From: a virus
Virus record (IMG/VR): IMGVR_UViG_3300023184_002781
Span: 32,212 to 96,211 of that record
Length of the DNA: 64,000 bases
Strand: one strand, 5' to 3'
Of the stretch, positions 25,492 through 37,400 are shown piece after piece. The position numbers and the translations under genes are program-made. How positions within the stretch are numbered: position 1 is the stretch's first letter; each line of letters opens with the position of its first letter. Under the pieces are notes generated by a model. It was not told the DNA's origin. It saw nothing but the letters and a program-made list of their open reading frames with translations, and searched no databases.

Positions 25492-28400
25492 TTACCTATT
25501 GGATAATTTTATAGGTGGTACAAAAGATGCTGTATAACGGGCCAAACCTTTAGTAATACGTACATCTTCTATGTAACCTTGGAAATAATTATTTGCAACA
25601 GTGCTGGTATTTCCAATTGTCAATGACCTTGAAATATTGAAATTATTTAAATCTGATATACTGGTAGCTAAAGCACCATTAACAAATAATGATGTAACAT
25701 TATTAGATCGAGCGGCTGCTATATGTGTCCATGTAGATGAATTAACAATTAATATAAAACTAGCTGTAGAACTAGCAACACTTGCATTATAATATGAAAG
25801 TCTATTATTACTAACGAATAATCCACCCGCGGATCCCGCATGGTCTAATAAAACTGTGGTAGTACTTGCCCAGTTTGGACTTGTAGGATAAACCCACATT
25901 TCCCAAGTAAAGTCATTGGCATTATAAGAAAAACCTGTACTACTAGAAACAGATAAGAAGTCAGAAGTTCCATTAAAACTAATACTATATACATTATTTT
26001 TAGTTATTGTTCCCACAGTTAATGTACTTGTATTGGCCTTAACTACAGTATTACCGGAATATTCAACAGCTCTAGTATCAACAAATGTTGTTAATAAATT
26101 AGTAGTAGTACCTACTACAGTAGTTAGTGGTAATTTTGATGGATTAAAGTTTCCTGTATATAATGATGTACCTTTGACCACTCTTAGGTCGGACATAAAA
26201 CCTTGATATATATATCCAGTACCATCCCATAATTTTCCTATCAATTGAGTTGTTCCCTGGGCATTCATATTGGTAATATTATTAGCTGATGTTAAATCAA
26301 GCTGTCCATTAACAAAAACTCTTAACGTAGAATTTGTTCTTGTCCATGCAAGATGTGTCCAGATGCCAAGTTGAATGGTAGTTGGAGCGGTACGTGCTAC
26401 GCCGTCATAAAATACTGCCTTAAGGACACCGCCACTGGTTATCATTCCAACTATCCATGGTACCGCTGCGGTACTTGTTCTTGCGTCAATTACTGGCGCA
26501 TAACCAGTAGGTATTGCTGTTGGATACACCCATACTTCTATAGTAAAATCTCCTGTACCAAAACTTAAAGCACCTTGTGCATAAACATTTAAAAAGTCTG
26601 TAGTACCATTGAAATACATGCTTAGATTTGAATTAAGATACACTGGTGAAAATGCTGAGGTTCTAAGTGTTCCAGTACCACCGATAAGAATACTATATCC
26701 ATTAATTGAATTTTCTTTTAGATATCCATTTTGCAATATTAATAATGATGTACTAATAGTAGAGGTAGTTGGATATGGAACAGTATCAGTGCTGGTTGTA
26801 AATAATGATCTAGGAAGATCACCTATATATGGTCCGAGATACAGAGATGAGCCTTTAATTAACCTAAAGTTACTCATATAACCATTAAAATATTCAGTGG
26901 ATCCTAAAATGCCACCTATATATAAAGACTCATTACTATCAGTAATTACTGAAGATGTGTTTAATATCCGGTATCCATTTACATATATGTTTACACTACT
27001 AGTTGGATATTCATATGTATAAGCAACATGGTTCCATGTACTACTAGATAATACCACAGTACTAGTTGAATAAGTTGTTCCGTCATAAAACCCTATCCAT
27101 CCTGTGCTTGAACTTAGATATCCTTGATATGATGTTGAAGGCTCGAGTTTTATACCAAACGGATATGTAGTTGCTGTATTAGTAAGCCCAAAATTACCAA
27201 AGGCAAACTTATTCAATGATTTATCAGTAAAACCAGTTTGTGTATTAATATTGTTTATCAGCAATGTTGTTGATGTATTACCAAGTGGATTAATAGTCCA
27301 AGGAATAATTCCCCCAGCATTGGTAATAGTAAATCTGTTCATAGAATTATCTACAATATTATAAGATTGTGCAGTTAATAATACAGTACCTGTATTATTT
27401 GTTGTAAATGGTCCCAAGCTAGATATTATCCCAGTGCCACTATAATCAGTTGTTGCTGCCCTATATATGCTAATATCTTCAAATTTTCTATCAACAAGCA
27501 ATAAGGTATATGATGCAGTATTAAATCCTGTTACATTTGTTCCCGAAGCCTGTGTAGTATAAAGGGGACTGCCTGGAGGTGTAAATGTACCAGTATATAC
27601 AGCTACGCCCTTAACTAATCTAAAATTGGTTAGATATCCGTAAAAACTACTACCCCCCGAGCTATTTCCCGTACCTAATCCTATTTGAGAATAGCCATAA
27701 GATCCTATTGGCTCAACAATAGTGCCAGTTGTATATTGTTGTGTTCCATTTACATACATTTTAAATGTACTAGCTGGGTAATTTCTTACAGCAGCAACAT
27801 GAGTCCATGAATTAAGACTTATTACACTATCAACTGTGGTATATGATCCTGCCCAAGCAATAATATTGTTTGGATTAGATCGAAATCCCAAAGCATTGTT
27901 GTTGGTTATGTAAAATTCTGCTATATTACGGGCAGTGCCGCCACCCCAGGCGCCAGTGGGGCCGGTGCCTAAACTCCAAATAACATAATCTGTACCAGAC
28001 CAGTCTATTTTATATATCCAACATTCTATGGTAAAACTTCCATAGCTTAAATCATAATCAGGTCTTAATACAGTTGTATATCTAATAGGGTTGACAGGGT
28101 TGCCAGGCGCAAAATCCAATGAGCTATTAACTACAACATCATTAGGAATAGCAAGGATATTTGTACTTGCGGTCTGAGTTGAAGTTAATTGAGTAGTCGG
28201 TGGGGTAAAATTACCAGTATATATTGCAATATTTTTAACTATTCTAAGATTGCTAATAGCACCTTGGAAAATTTGTGCAGCAGTAACAGGTGCTCCTGAG
28301 CCAATGGTAAGAGTTGCGGTATTTGTAGGAATAACTCCATAAAAATTTTGACTAGCAACAGCAGTACCGTTTTGCCATAATATCCAATTGTCATTATTTC

Positions 28401-31400
28401 TAGTAAAAGCTATATGAGTCCATGTGGCGGTAGAAACAGGTATATATGAAGTTAAATTAATTCCCCACGAGGTGCCATTTAACGTAGCAAGAGCTTGAGG
28501 AAATAATGAATTGGTGGCAAAATTTAAATTAATACCGGCAAATGTAGCAGTAGTTGCTCTTTTAGACAATATGCTTCTTGTTGGAATTATAGGTGTAGCT
28601 CGATATATCCAAGCCTCTACTGTAAAATCAGAAGATCCCATATTCAATGAGTCATCATTTGGTATAGAAAGATATTGAGTAGAACCACCATCAAATTTAA
28701 AACTTGCCGTAGGGGGTGTTGGAATTGAAACACTAGGGCTACCCGATATATTGGCAGTTTGTGTTCTGCTTAATTGTGCAATCGGTGATGTAAAATTTCC
28801 AGTATATACAGCACTACCAGTTACTATTCTAAGATTAGAAATATATCCTGCAAAATAGTTAGATGCAGCAGCAGCGTTTCTACCAATATAAGTAGTGTAA
28901 CCGAGATGATTTAATGTACTTGTACCAGACCCCTTAGATACTCCATTTACATAAATTTTACATTGTCCTGTTCCAGTTCCGGATCGTACCATTGCAATAT
29001 GATACCATTTACCTGTTGTTACAACAGCCGAAGCAGTTGCAACAACTAATGTTGATGCTCCTTCATACCAACTTAAACTACTATCAGTTTGAACAGCAAG
29101 TTGAACACCATTAAATGGTGTAGCGCCGCTGCGTGTATCTATAATAATCAAAGCTGCCGCAAACGATTGAGGTATATTGATCCAACATTCAACGGTCCAG
29201 GCTCCTGTACCAAATGTGCTTACACCGGCAGATACTGTTAGATATTTACTGACACCGTCAAATACCAAACTTCCGCCATAACCAACTAAAATTGTAGAAG
29301 CTGCTAATGTACCAAAAGAAGTTACACTAAGATCATAATCACTATAATCCACAATAGAATCCGAAGCTCCTAAAAATTGTCCTAATAATAATTTTGTATA
29401 ACTTGAGGTTGATATTGCTTGTGTATTAATACCACCATCAGGATTAGCAATCTGAGTAGTTTCTAGTCCCGGATATGGTAGATTAAAATTATCATCTGTA
29501 TATACAGCTACATCACTTACAATACGGAAATTTGATATGTATGCTTGTGCTGGATAACTTGCTGAAACATATGCACCAACTATTAAATTTGTAATTAATG
29601 AATAATCTGTTGTATCATTTCTTGATACAATATACCCGATACCATCCATAAACAATTTTAATACTGTTCCAAAACGAACCAACGCTATATGATACCATGT
29701 ATTTGGATTAAGTTGAAGAGTCTCTGGAGATCCATACGTATTAAATAGTTGAGTGTATGTTCCGCCTGTGCCATAATATACTATCCATCCTCCTGTTGCT
29801 GCTGCTAATGCAAGATATGGAACACCTGCTGAGTTTCCAAAATCAGTCAGAGAAAAATGAAAAATTCCGTTATTAACAGGTCGAGCCGGAAAATTAACCC
29901 AACATTCAATGGTAAAGTCACCTGAAAGATACGGTAAGAATGGCGGATATGTTGAACTTACTCCAAGATAACCATTGCTAAAATATATACTATTGTATGT
30001 AGGGGCGCCTGAAGAGGGGTTACGTTTTGCAAATAAAATACTATTAGTATCAGTACCATAATATCCTGCAGGTTTTACCCAAGTTTCAATAGTCCAACCT
30101 AGACTATTGGATAAATCTAAATTTGATTTATCCGCTATATTTAAATAATTATTGTTAAAATATGTACTATAATTTTTACCAAATGGTGCAAACCCTTGAA
30201 ATGTTGTAGCAGTAGTTGAGTTAGTTATAGTAAATGCGTTTAGTGATCTGTCTATAAATGTAGTATCTGTACTTGATAGTGTTAAAAATGAACTATTTGT
30301 AACAGTGGTTATTTCACCTTCAACTGGTGTAAAACCTAAACTATATTTGGCCAAGCCTTTTATCACATGTATATTATTAATATAACCATTAAATGTAGTT
30401 GCTGTACTACCAGTTAAAGCTGCACCAATACTAACATTTATAGTGCTGGTAGCAGTGGTAAGTCCGCCGCCGGACAAATTAACCGATGGTAGTCCAGTAT
30501 TACTATAGGTTACTCCACCAACATTGGTTATTGTAACCGGGCTGCTGCTCGAATCTACTATTTTATTAGCGTCACTGGCAACTAATAATAACATGCTTGT
30601 ATTGGTAATATTAGATAATGGAACTACTGGTGTAAAGTTAGATGTATAAACTGCTGTACCTTTAACTACACGTAAATTGGTAATATAACCATTAAACGTA
30701 TAGCCAGACGATAATGGAACATTACCATCTGTACCAATAGTTGGTCTATTGGTGCCGTTTAACCAATTTGTAGTATTCGTGACGCTATTGACTTGTACAC
30801 CATTGACATATGCAGTTTGAGTTGTACCACTCCTACAAACCGCAACGTGATACCAAGTGTTAAGAGAAATTGTACCTGCACCTGCATAAAATTCACCAGC
30901 AGGACCTACGCCAATCACTAAATGATTAGCAGTACTGCCTGTTCCAGCCGGTCGAGAATCATATATATTTCCATTAGTTACCGAGCGGGCAATTTGATAT
31001 ATCCACATTTCAACTGTGAAGTCACCTGTACCAAATGCAAATTGTGAATTAGTTCCAGATACATATAGATATTGTGTTGAACCATTAAAAACTAACTTAC
31101 CAGCAGCAGTAGAAATAACAGAACCAGCAACATTATTCCCTACAACTTTACCATTGATATACAATGATATTAAACCAAAAGTTCTCGTAAAGGCAACATG
31201 TGACCAAACGCTTAATGGAACAACCGAAGATGATACTATACTAGATTGAAGACCAATAAGACCATATCGAATATTTAAATATCCCACAGGTGTAATCATT
31301 AATGCCCAATCTAATGTTGAGGAAGGGTAATTAATTGATCCTATAATTACAGATCCAAAATATATATTTCGAGCAACGGGATATACCCATGCTTCTATTG

Positions 31401-34400
31401 TAAAATCACCACTACCAAATGCAAATGCTGTAGATGTACCTGTGCTAACAATCAAATAATTGTTTATACCGTTAAAATATGCACTACCAACTCCACCAAA
31501 TGGTGACAACGCTTGTTGAAAAACAGTGCTAGTTGATGGTTTATTCAATACAAAATTATTTACTGAATTATCTTTAAACTCAGGTGCATTATTTTGTAAA
31601 ATTAATAATACGGTATTTGTAACACTGGTTAATGCTTTTGTTGGAACAGTAAAAGTTGGCCGATAAACAGCCGTTCCTACTACTATTCTAACATTAGATA
31701 CATATCCAAACAATGTTTGATTACTAGCAGTGATTGGGCTATTAATAAAAAGTGTTTGTATTGATAAGGCAGTAGCATCTGCTGTTGAAGTTGTTACCGC
31801 CCCATTAATATACATGTATAACATTGAATTATTTCTAATCATAGAAACATGATTCCAGGTATTCAATGGAACACGATCAGGTGAAGTTAATAAACCAGTA
31901 CCACCGGTATTTTGCCATTGGATAAATCCTGTTGACAACAAATATAAAACAGGAACACCCGCAGTGGTACCTGCGTTAGTACGCCAGTCTATAAGAGCGC
32001 TATTTACTGTATTGTATGAAATTGGATATACCCATAATTCTACTGTATAATTTCCACTACCTAATGCTAAAGAAGGCGGCGTGCCAAGACTTAAATTCTG
32101 ACTTGCTGCTGTGGTGGTATTAAAATATACACTGGCGCCGACCACGGATTTATTATATTCACCAGGTATTTTGTAAGGTGTAAATTTTGTAATAGCAGGG
32201 ATACTAGTTATTGTTCCTGTATTAACAATAAAATTATTGGCGCTGATATCAACATGTCTGCTAGTAGCAGCAATTAATAAACTAGTATTTGTAACAATTG
32301 GTAAAGGTGCTTTAGGCGGAATAAAATTACCTGTATAAACTGCTGTACCATTAACCATTCTCAAATTAGATAAGTAACCGGGGAACATACTGGTTATCGC
32401 AGATCCTGCTCTGCCTATTAGCATATTTGTATTAGTAGAATATGATATTAAACTAACACCATTAAACAATGCTGTAAGAATTCTAGTACTTGTATTAAAT
32501 GTAATAGCATTGGTATTTGTTCCACTATATGGATTTAGTGGTTGCTGTGTAGTTAATATGCCAGTAGGTGGAACAAAGTTTGTTCCGGTATAAATTGCCA
32601 CACCACTAGTTATTCTAAAGTTACTGATATAACCTGTTAAGTAAGTTGATGTAGCTGTGCTAAATCCTATATAACCAAGACGTAGAGTATTCTGTTCTGT
32701 GTATCCAGTAATTTGTGTTGATGTAGTTCTAACACCATTAATATACATTGAGGCAGTAGTAGCCAGTCTTGTGAATGCTACATGGTTCCAGGTGTTTATT
32801 GCAAATGTTTGAGAATAAACAGGACTTGCTGCCAATAAAATACTTGTATAACTTGCAGTTAATATTGCTTGTATATTTGTACCAGCAGTTTGTGTAGCAG
32901 TTAATGGTCCGGTGGGTGTAAAATTACCAGTATATACTGCTAGACCTTTAACAACCCTAATATTACTTAGATAACCTTTAAAAAATGATTGTCCGCTTGT
33001 GGTTTCATTTGCAGTGTAACCAATTGCCAATGACCCTGAATACGCTACTGAAGCAGTCATAGAACCTGATCCAGCAGCAACACCATTTATATAAAATGTA
33101 TAGACTGTCCCATTTCTTACAAATGCTACGTGATTCCATTGATTCAACGGTGCTGCAGAAGTACTAACAAAAGGCCCGGGCACACCAGCCATACCAGTTG
33201 AAGACCAATCGAAATATAAGAAGCCGTTGGTTAGCATAGAAAAAAGCCAGCTTCGCCCCGGACTTGGTCCATTCTGATTACCTATAATAGTAGTTGTAGC
33301 TGCCGTTCCAAGATAATATACCCAAGCTTCAACGGTAAAACTTCCTGATCCAAAATTGAATCCTTGACTAGCAGCCTGCTTGATTTGGGCATTGGTTCCG
33401 TTAAAATTTAAACTACCATATCCACGACTAAGAGGATTTGTAGCAATGAATGTTACTGCTGTGTTAGCTGGACTCAATCCAAGTCCGCCATTATCTGTAA
33501 GAAGCTGATTAAGATTAGATATTTGACTTGTACCAAAAGATGTTACTACCCCAGAATTTCTATAATTAATTACCATTATATAGGGATTAATGGTCCATTC
33601 CCAACCAGTAGTAGTTGCACCATCATATGTTCCAGCTATTAACATATTGTTATTGTCTGATATAAAACTATCTGCAATTGTAGATGTGTTTAAATATACC
33701 CAAGCCTCAACAGTGTGATCACCATGTACTAACCAACCAGTTGATGATGTTATACTTAAAGAACTATTGCCACTAAAATATACGCTATGAAAATTTGTAC
33801 TAGTATATGCACTGAATGGGTCCAATGTACTTAGACTAACTGAGCCTGTTCCTATTGTTATCACAGATGTGTTGGTACTATAATCAACTATATTACTAGT
33901 GCTGGTAGGTAATATGGTTAATAGAGATGTATAACTTGCTGTAAGTATTGCCTGTACATTGCTACCACCGTAGGGATTGGCTGATTGTGTAACTGTTAAT
34001 TGTGTAGTGGGTCTGTTGAAATTTCCTGTATATACTGCTAGACTATTTACTAATCTTACATTTGATATGTATCCTGTAAAATAATCTAAAAATCCAGGAT
34101 ATTGGAAAGATCCAATAATAGTTTTTCTAGCGGTAATTGCTGTTGTAATAGTTGCAGAGTTATCTAATACACCATTAACAAACAATCTAACAAGTCCTGA
34201 CTGTCTTGTCACTGCCACATGATACCATGTACTCAGAGAGATAGATATACTACCCTCAACATATAACTGAGTTGAACCTCTTAGTTGAAATCCGCAAGTG
34301 CCGCCTAAACGTGTAAATAGTTCCCAATATGAGTTGCCGCTGTAGTCAGCATTGGTTAACAATGTCCCATCTGTTGCTGCTGTTTTATAAAACCAACACT

Positions 34401-37400
34401 CAGCAGTAAAATCACCAGTACCCCATGTACTTGCCCCAACTGCCACAGAAAGATACTGAGTAGTACCATTAAACAAGAAACTATTATAATATGTACTAGT
34501 TGAACTAATAGGTGGATATAAAGTACTAGGCGTAGGACTAACCACACTGGTTATATAATTATTAGGAACAATACTATAATTTACACCAATATTTCCTTCA
34601 TTGATTAAAGCAGCCGATTTTGCTATTAATAAACTTGTACCAGAAACGTTGGTTAATTGAACAGCTGGGGACGTAAAGTTGCCGGTATATACCGCTGTAC
34701 CTTTAACCACACGTAGATTAGAGATATATCCAGGAAAAAAGCAATTAACAGTACCTTGAGCACCAATATACAAAGTTTGTAATACGGTGTCATTTGTAGA
34801 ATCAGTGCCGGTTGCAACAAGTGAGCCATTTTGATATATTTTTAATCCACCGGCTGCGGTTGTTGATCTAACTACAGCAATATGATACCAAGTATTAGTA
34901 TCTAAGTAGGTATTTGTAGTTAATAAAGACGATGTTGGGATTCCATTACCCCATTGTATGCCAAAGCCACCGGACGATCTATTAACAAGTAGAACCCAAC
35001 CATTTACTATTGCAGGGGTGTAAGTACCTAATATATTATGTCCATATATTTGAGTTTGAGCGCCGGTTATATAGATCCATGCTTCTATTGTAAAATTATT
35101 TGTACCAAGTGAAAATGCTGTATTAGAAGGTACTGTAAGATACTGATTAGTACCATTAAAGTACATACTATTAAATGTACTTGTTGATGTAATAGGTGGA
35201 TATAAATTAGTAGCACTAACACCACCGTTATTTGTTAATACAGAATTGTTAGAGCTATAATCATCAAAGAAATATTGTTGATTAATAAATCTTCCGATCA
35301 ATAATTGCGTAGTGTTGGTAGATATAGCTAAACTACTAGTAGGTACAGAACCTTGTATTGTACTTAAAGGACTTTGTGGTGTTAAAAATGATGCTCCGGT
35401 ATATACTCCTACACCTTTAACTATACGTACATTTGATATGTACCCATTATAAAAATAAGGAATACTAGTAACATTGGTTTGTTTACCAATTGAACCGACA
35501 CCGGTAGTACCCATAACTTGTATCACTGCTGCGCCACTAGTTGCAACAACAGCTCCATTTAAATATATTTTAAGATTGCCTACAGCCGATCCTAAACGAA
35601 CTACAGCAACATGTGACCAAGCGTTTAATGGTATGATTGCGGTTGATGTAAGAGTTACAGTAGCACTAACAGTAGTAGCGTATGGAAATTGAATTAGGCC
35701 AGTAGAACTAATTTGTATCTGGCATTGTCCAACTATATAACTGCCACTTGCATTTGACCAAAGGTCGATAATTTCCGAAGCAGTTGCCGATCCAACGACA
35801 TATGCTAATGGATATATCCAACATTCCATGGTAAAATCACCAGTACCAAAGTTGTATCCTGCATTAGCTGATAAATTTAGATGACTTGCACCATCAAAAT
35901 ATAAACTATGATATGAGCCTTGATCATATGGATTAAGATTAGAATAATTTAAATTTGATGTAACAGCTAGACCTGAATTAACACTAAGATCTGCAGTAGG
36001 AGTAGATGAAAAAGAATATGCTTGTTCTACTCCATTAACATACAGACTAATCCTAGTTGAATTACGTGCAGCGGCAATATGATTCCATGTTCCGGTAGAT
36101 AATGCGGTTACCGAAGAGACAATAATGCCCCATGCTGTTGGTGTATTAGCCACCGACACTACAGGTCTATTTGAATTGATATATAATCCAATTGGTGCAA
36201 AGTTACCAGTATTAAATTGTCCAGCGATATAAGCAGTACCTGTATTTGCAGTAAGATATGCCCAAGTTTCTATAGTCCAATTATTAGAACCAAAATTTAA
36301 TGAGGTTAAGGTAGCACTGGATGAATAGATAACTGGTATAGTTAAATGATCAGTAGTACCATTAAACAATGTACTCCAATTGTTGCCAAATGGGCTAAAT
36401 GTCCCTTGTCCCGGATCACCTTTCGGTGTAATAGAAAGATTATTTGATCCAGAATCAACAAATCCAGTATTACCTTGGACGTATGTATAATATTTTGCAG
36501 TTAATAAAGTTACACCAGATACTATAGCAGCAGTATTGCTGCCGCCGTATGGGTTAGCAGATTGTGTTGTTTGTAAAGGTCCAGTAGGTGTTCTAAAGTT
36601 ACCAGTATATATTCCCTGACCAGTTATTACTCTAACATTGCTCCACCATCCGCCACTTTGAAATCTAAAATCATTGGTATATGCTTGTCCCAATATTAGT
36701 TGTTGATTATCCAATGAATAAGCAGCAGAAGTACTACCTTGTGATACACCATTTAAATAAAATGTAGTTGTACCGCTAATTCTAACTACAGCAATATGAT
36801 TCCATCCTGATGGAAGTGTATATGTGGCTACTGTAGCAAATGTTCCACCTGTATTGCCGCCAATGCTAGTATCAGTTGGGTTGATATTAATTCCTGTAAC
36901 ATTAGGAGTAGCATTTGTAGCTAAAATACCGTAACTACCATTTTGGTGGTAGTGCCACAACTCAACAGTAAAATCAGCAGTACCAAATCCAAAATTAGAA
37001 TTAACATTTGTTAAAACATAAGAGGCAGGCCCAGGAGTACTACTATTACCGGGTAAGTATATACTAGTATAATTTGTATTAGTAGAAAGAGGATTCAACG
37101 AACTAGCTGTTGTTCCAACCACAGATACTGAATTTGTAAGTGTGCTATAATCTGCTATGGTATTAGCCTGAGTAGGAAATTTTCCAGTTAATAAAGTAAC
37201 ACCAGAACTAATTGCTGATATATTAAAATTTGAAACATTTTGTACGGTACTTAAAGGATCAGAAGGTATTGTAAAGTTACCAGTATAAACCGCAGATAAT
37301 GTAGCTCTTATGTTTGAAAGATATCCTGTATGGTATGCTCCCTGACTAGGTAATCCACCAATATTAACAGCACCACTTACTAATGTTGGATTCCATGATT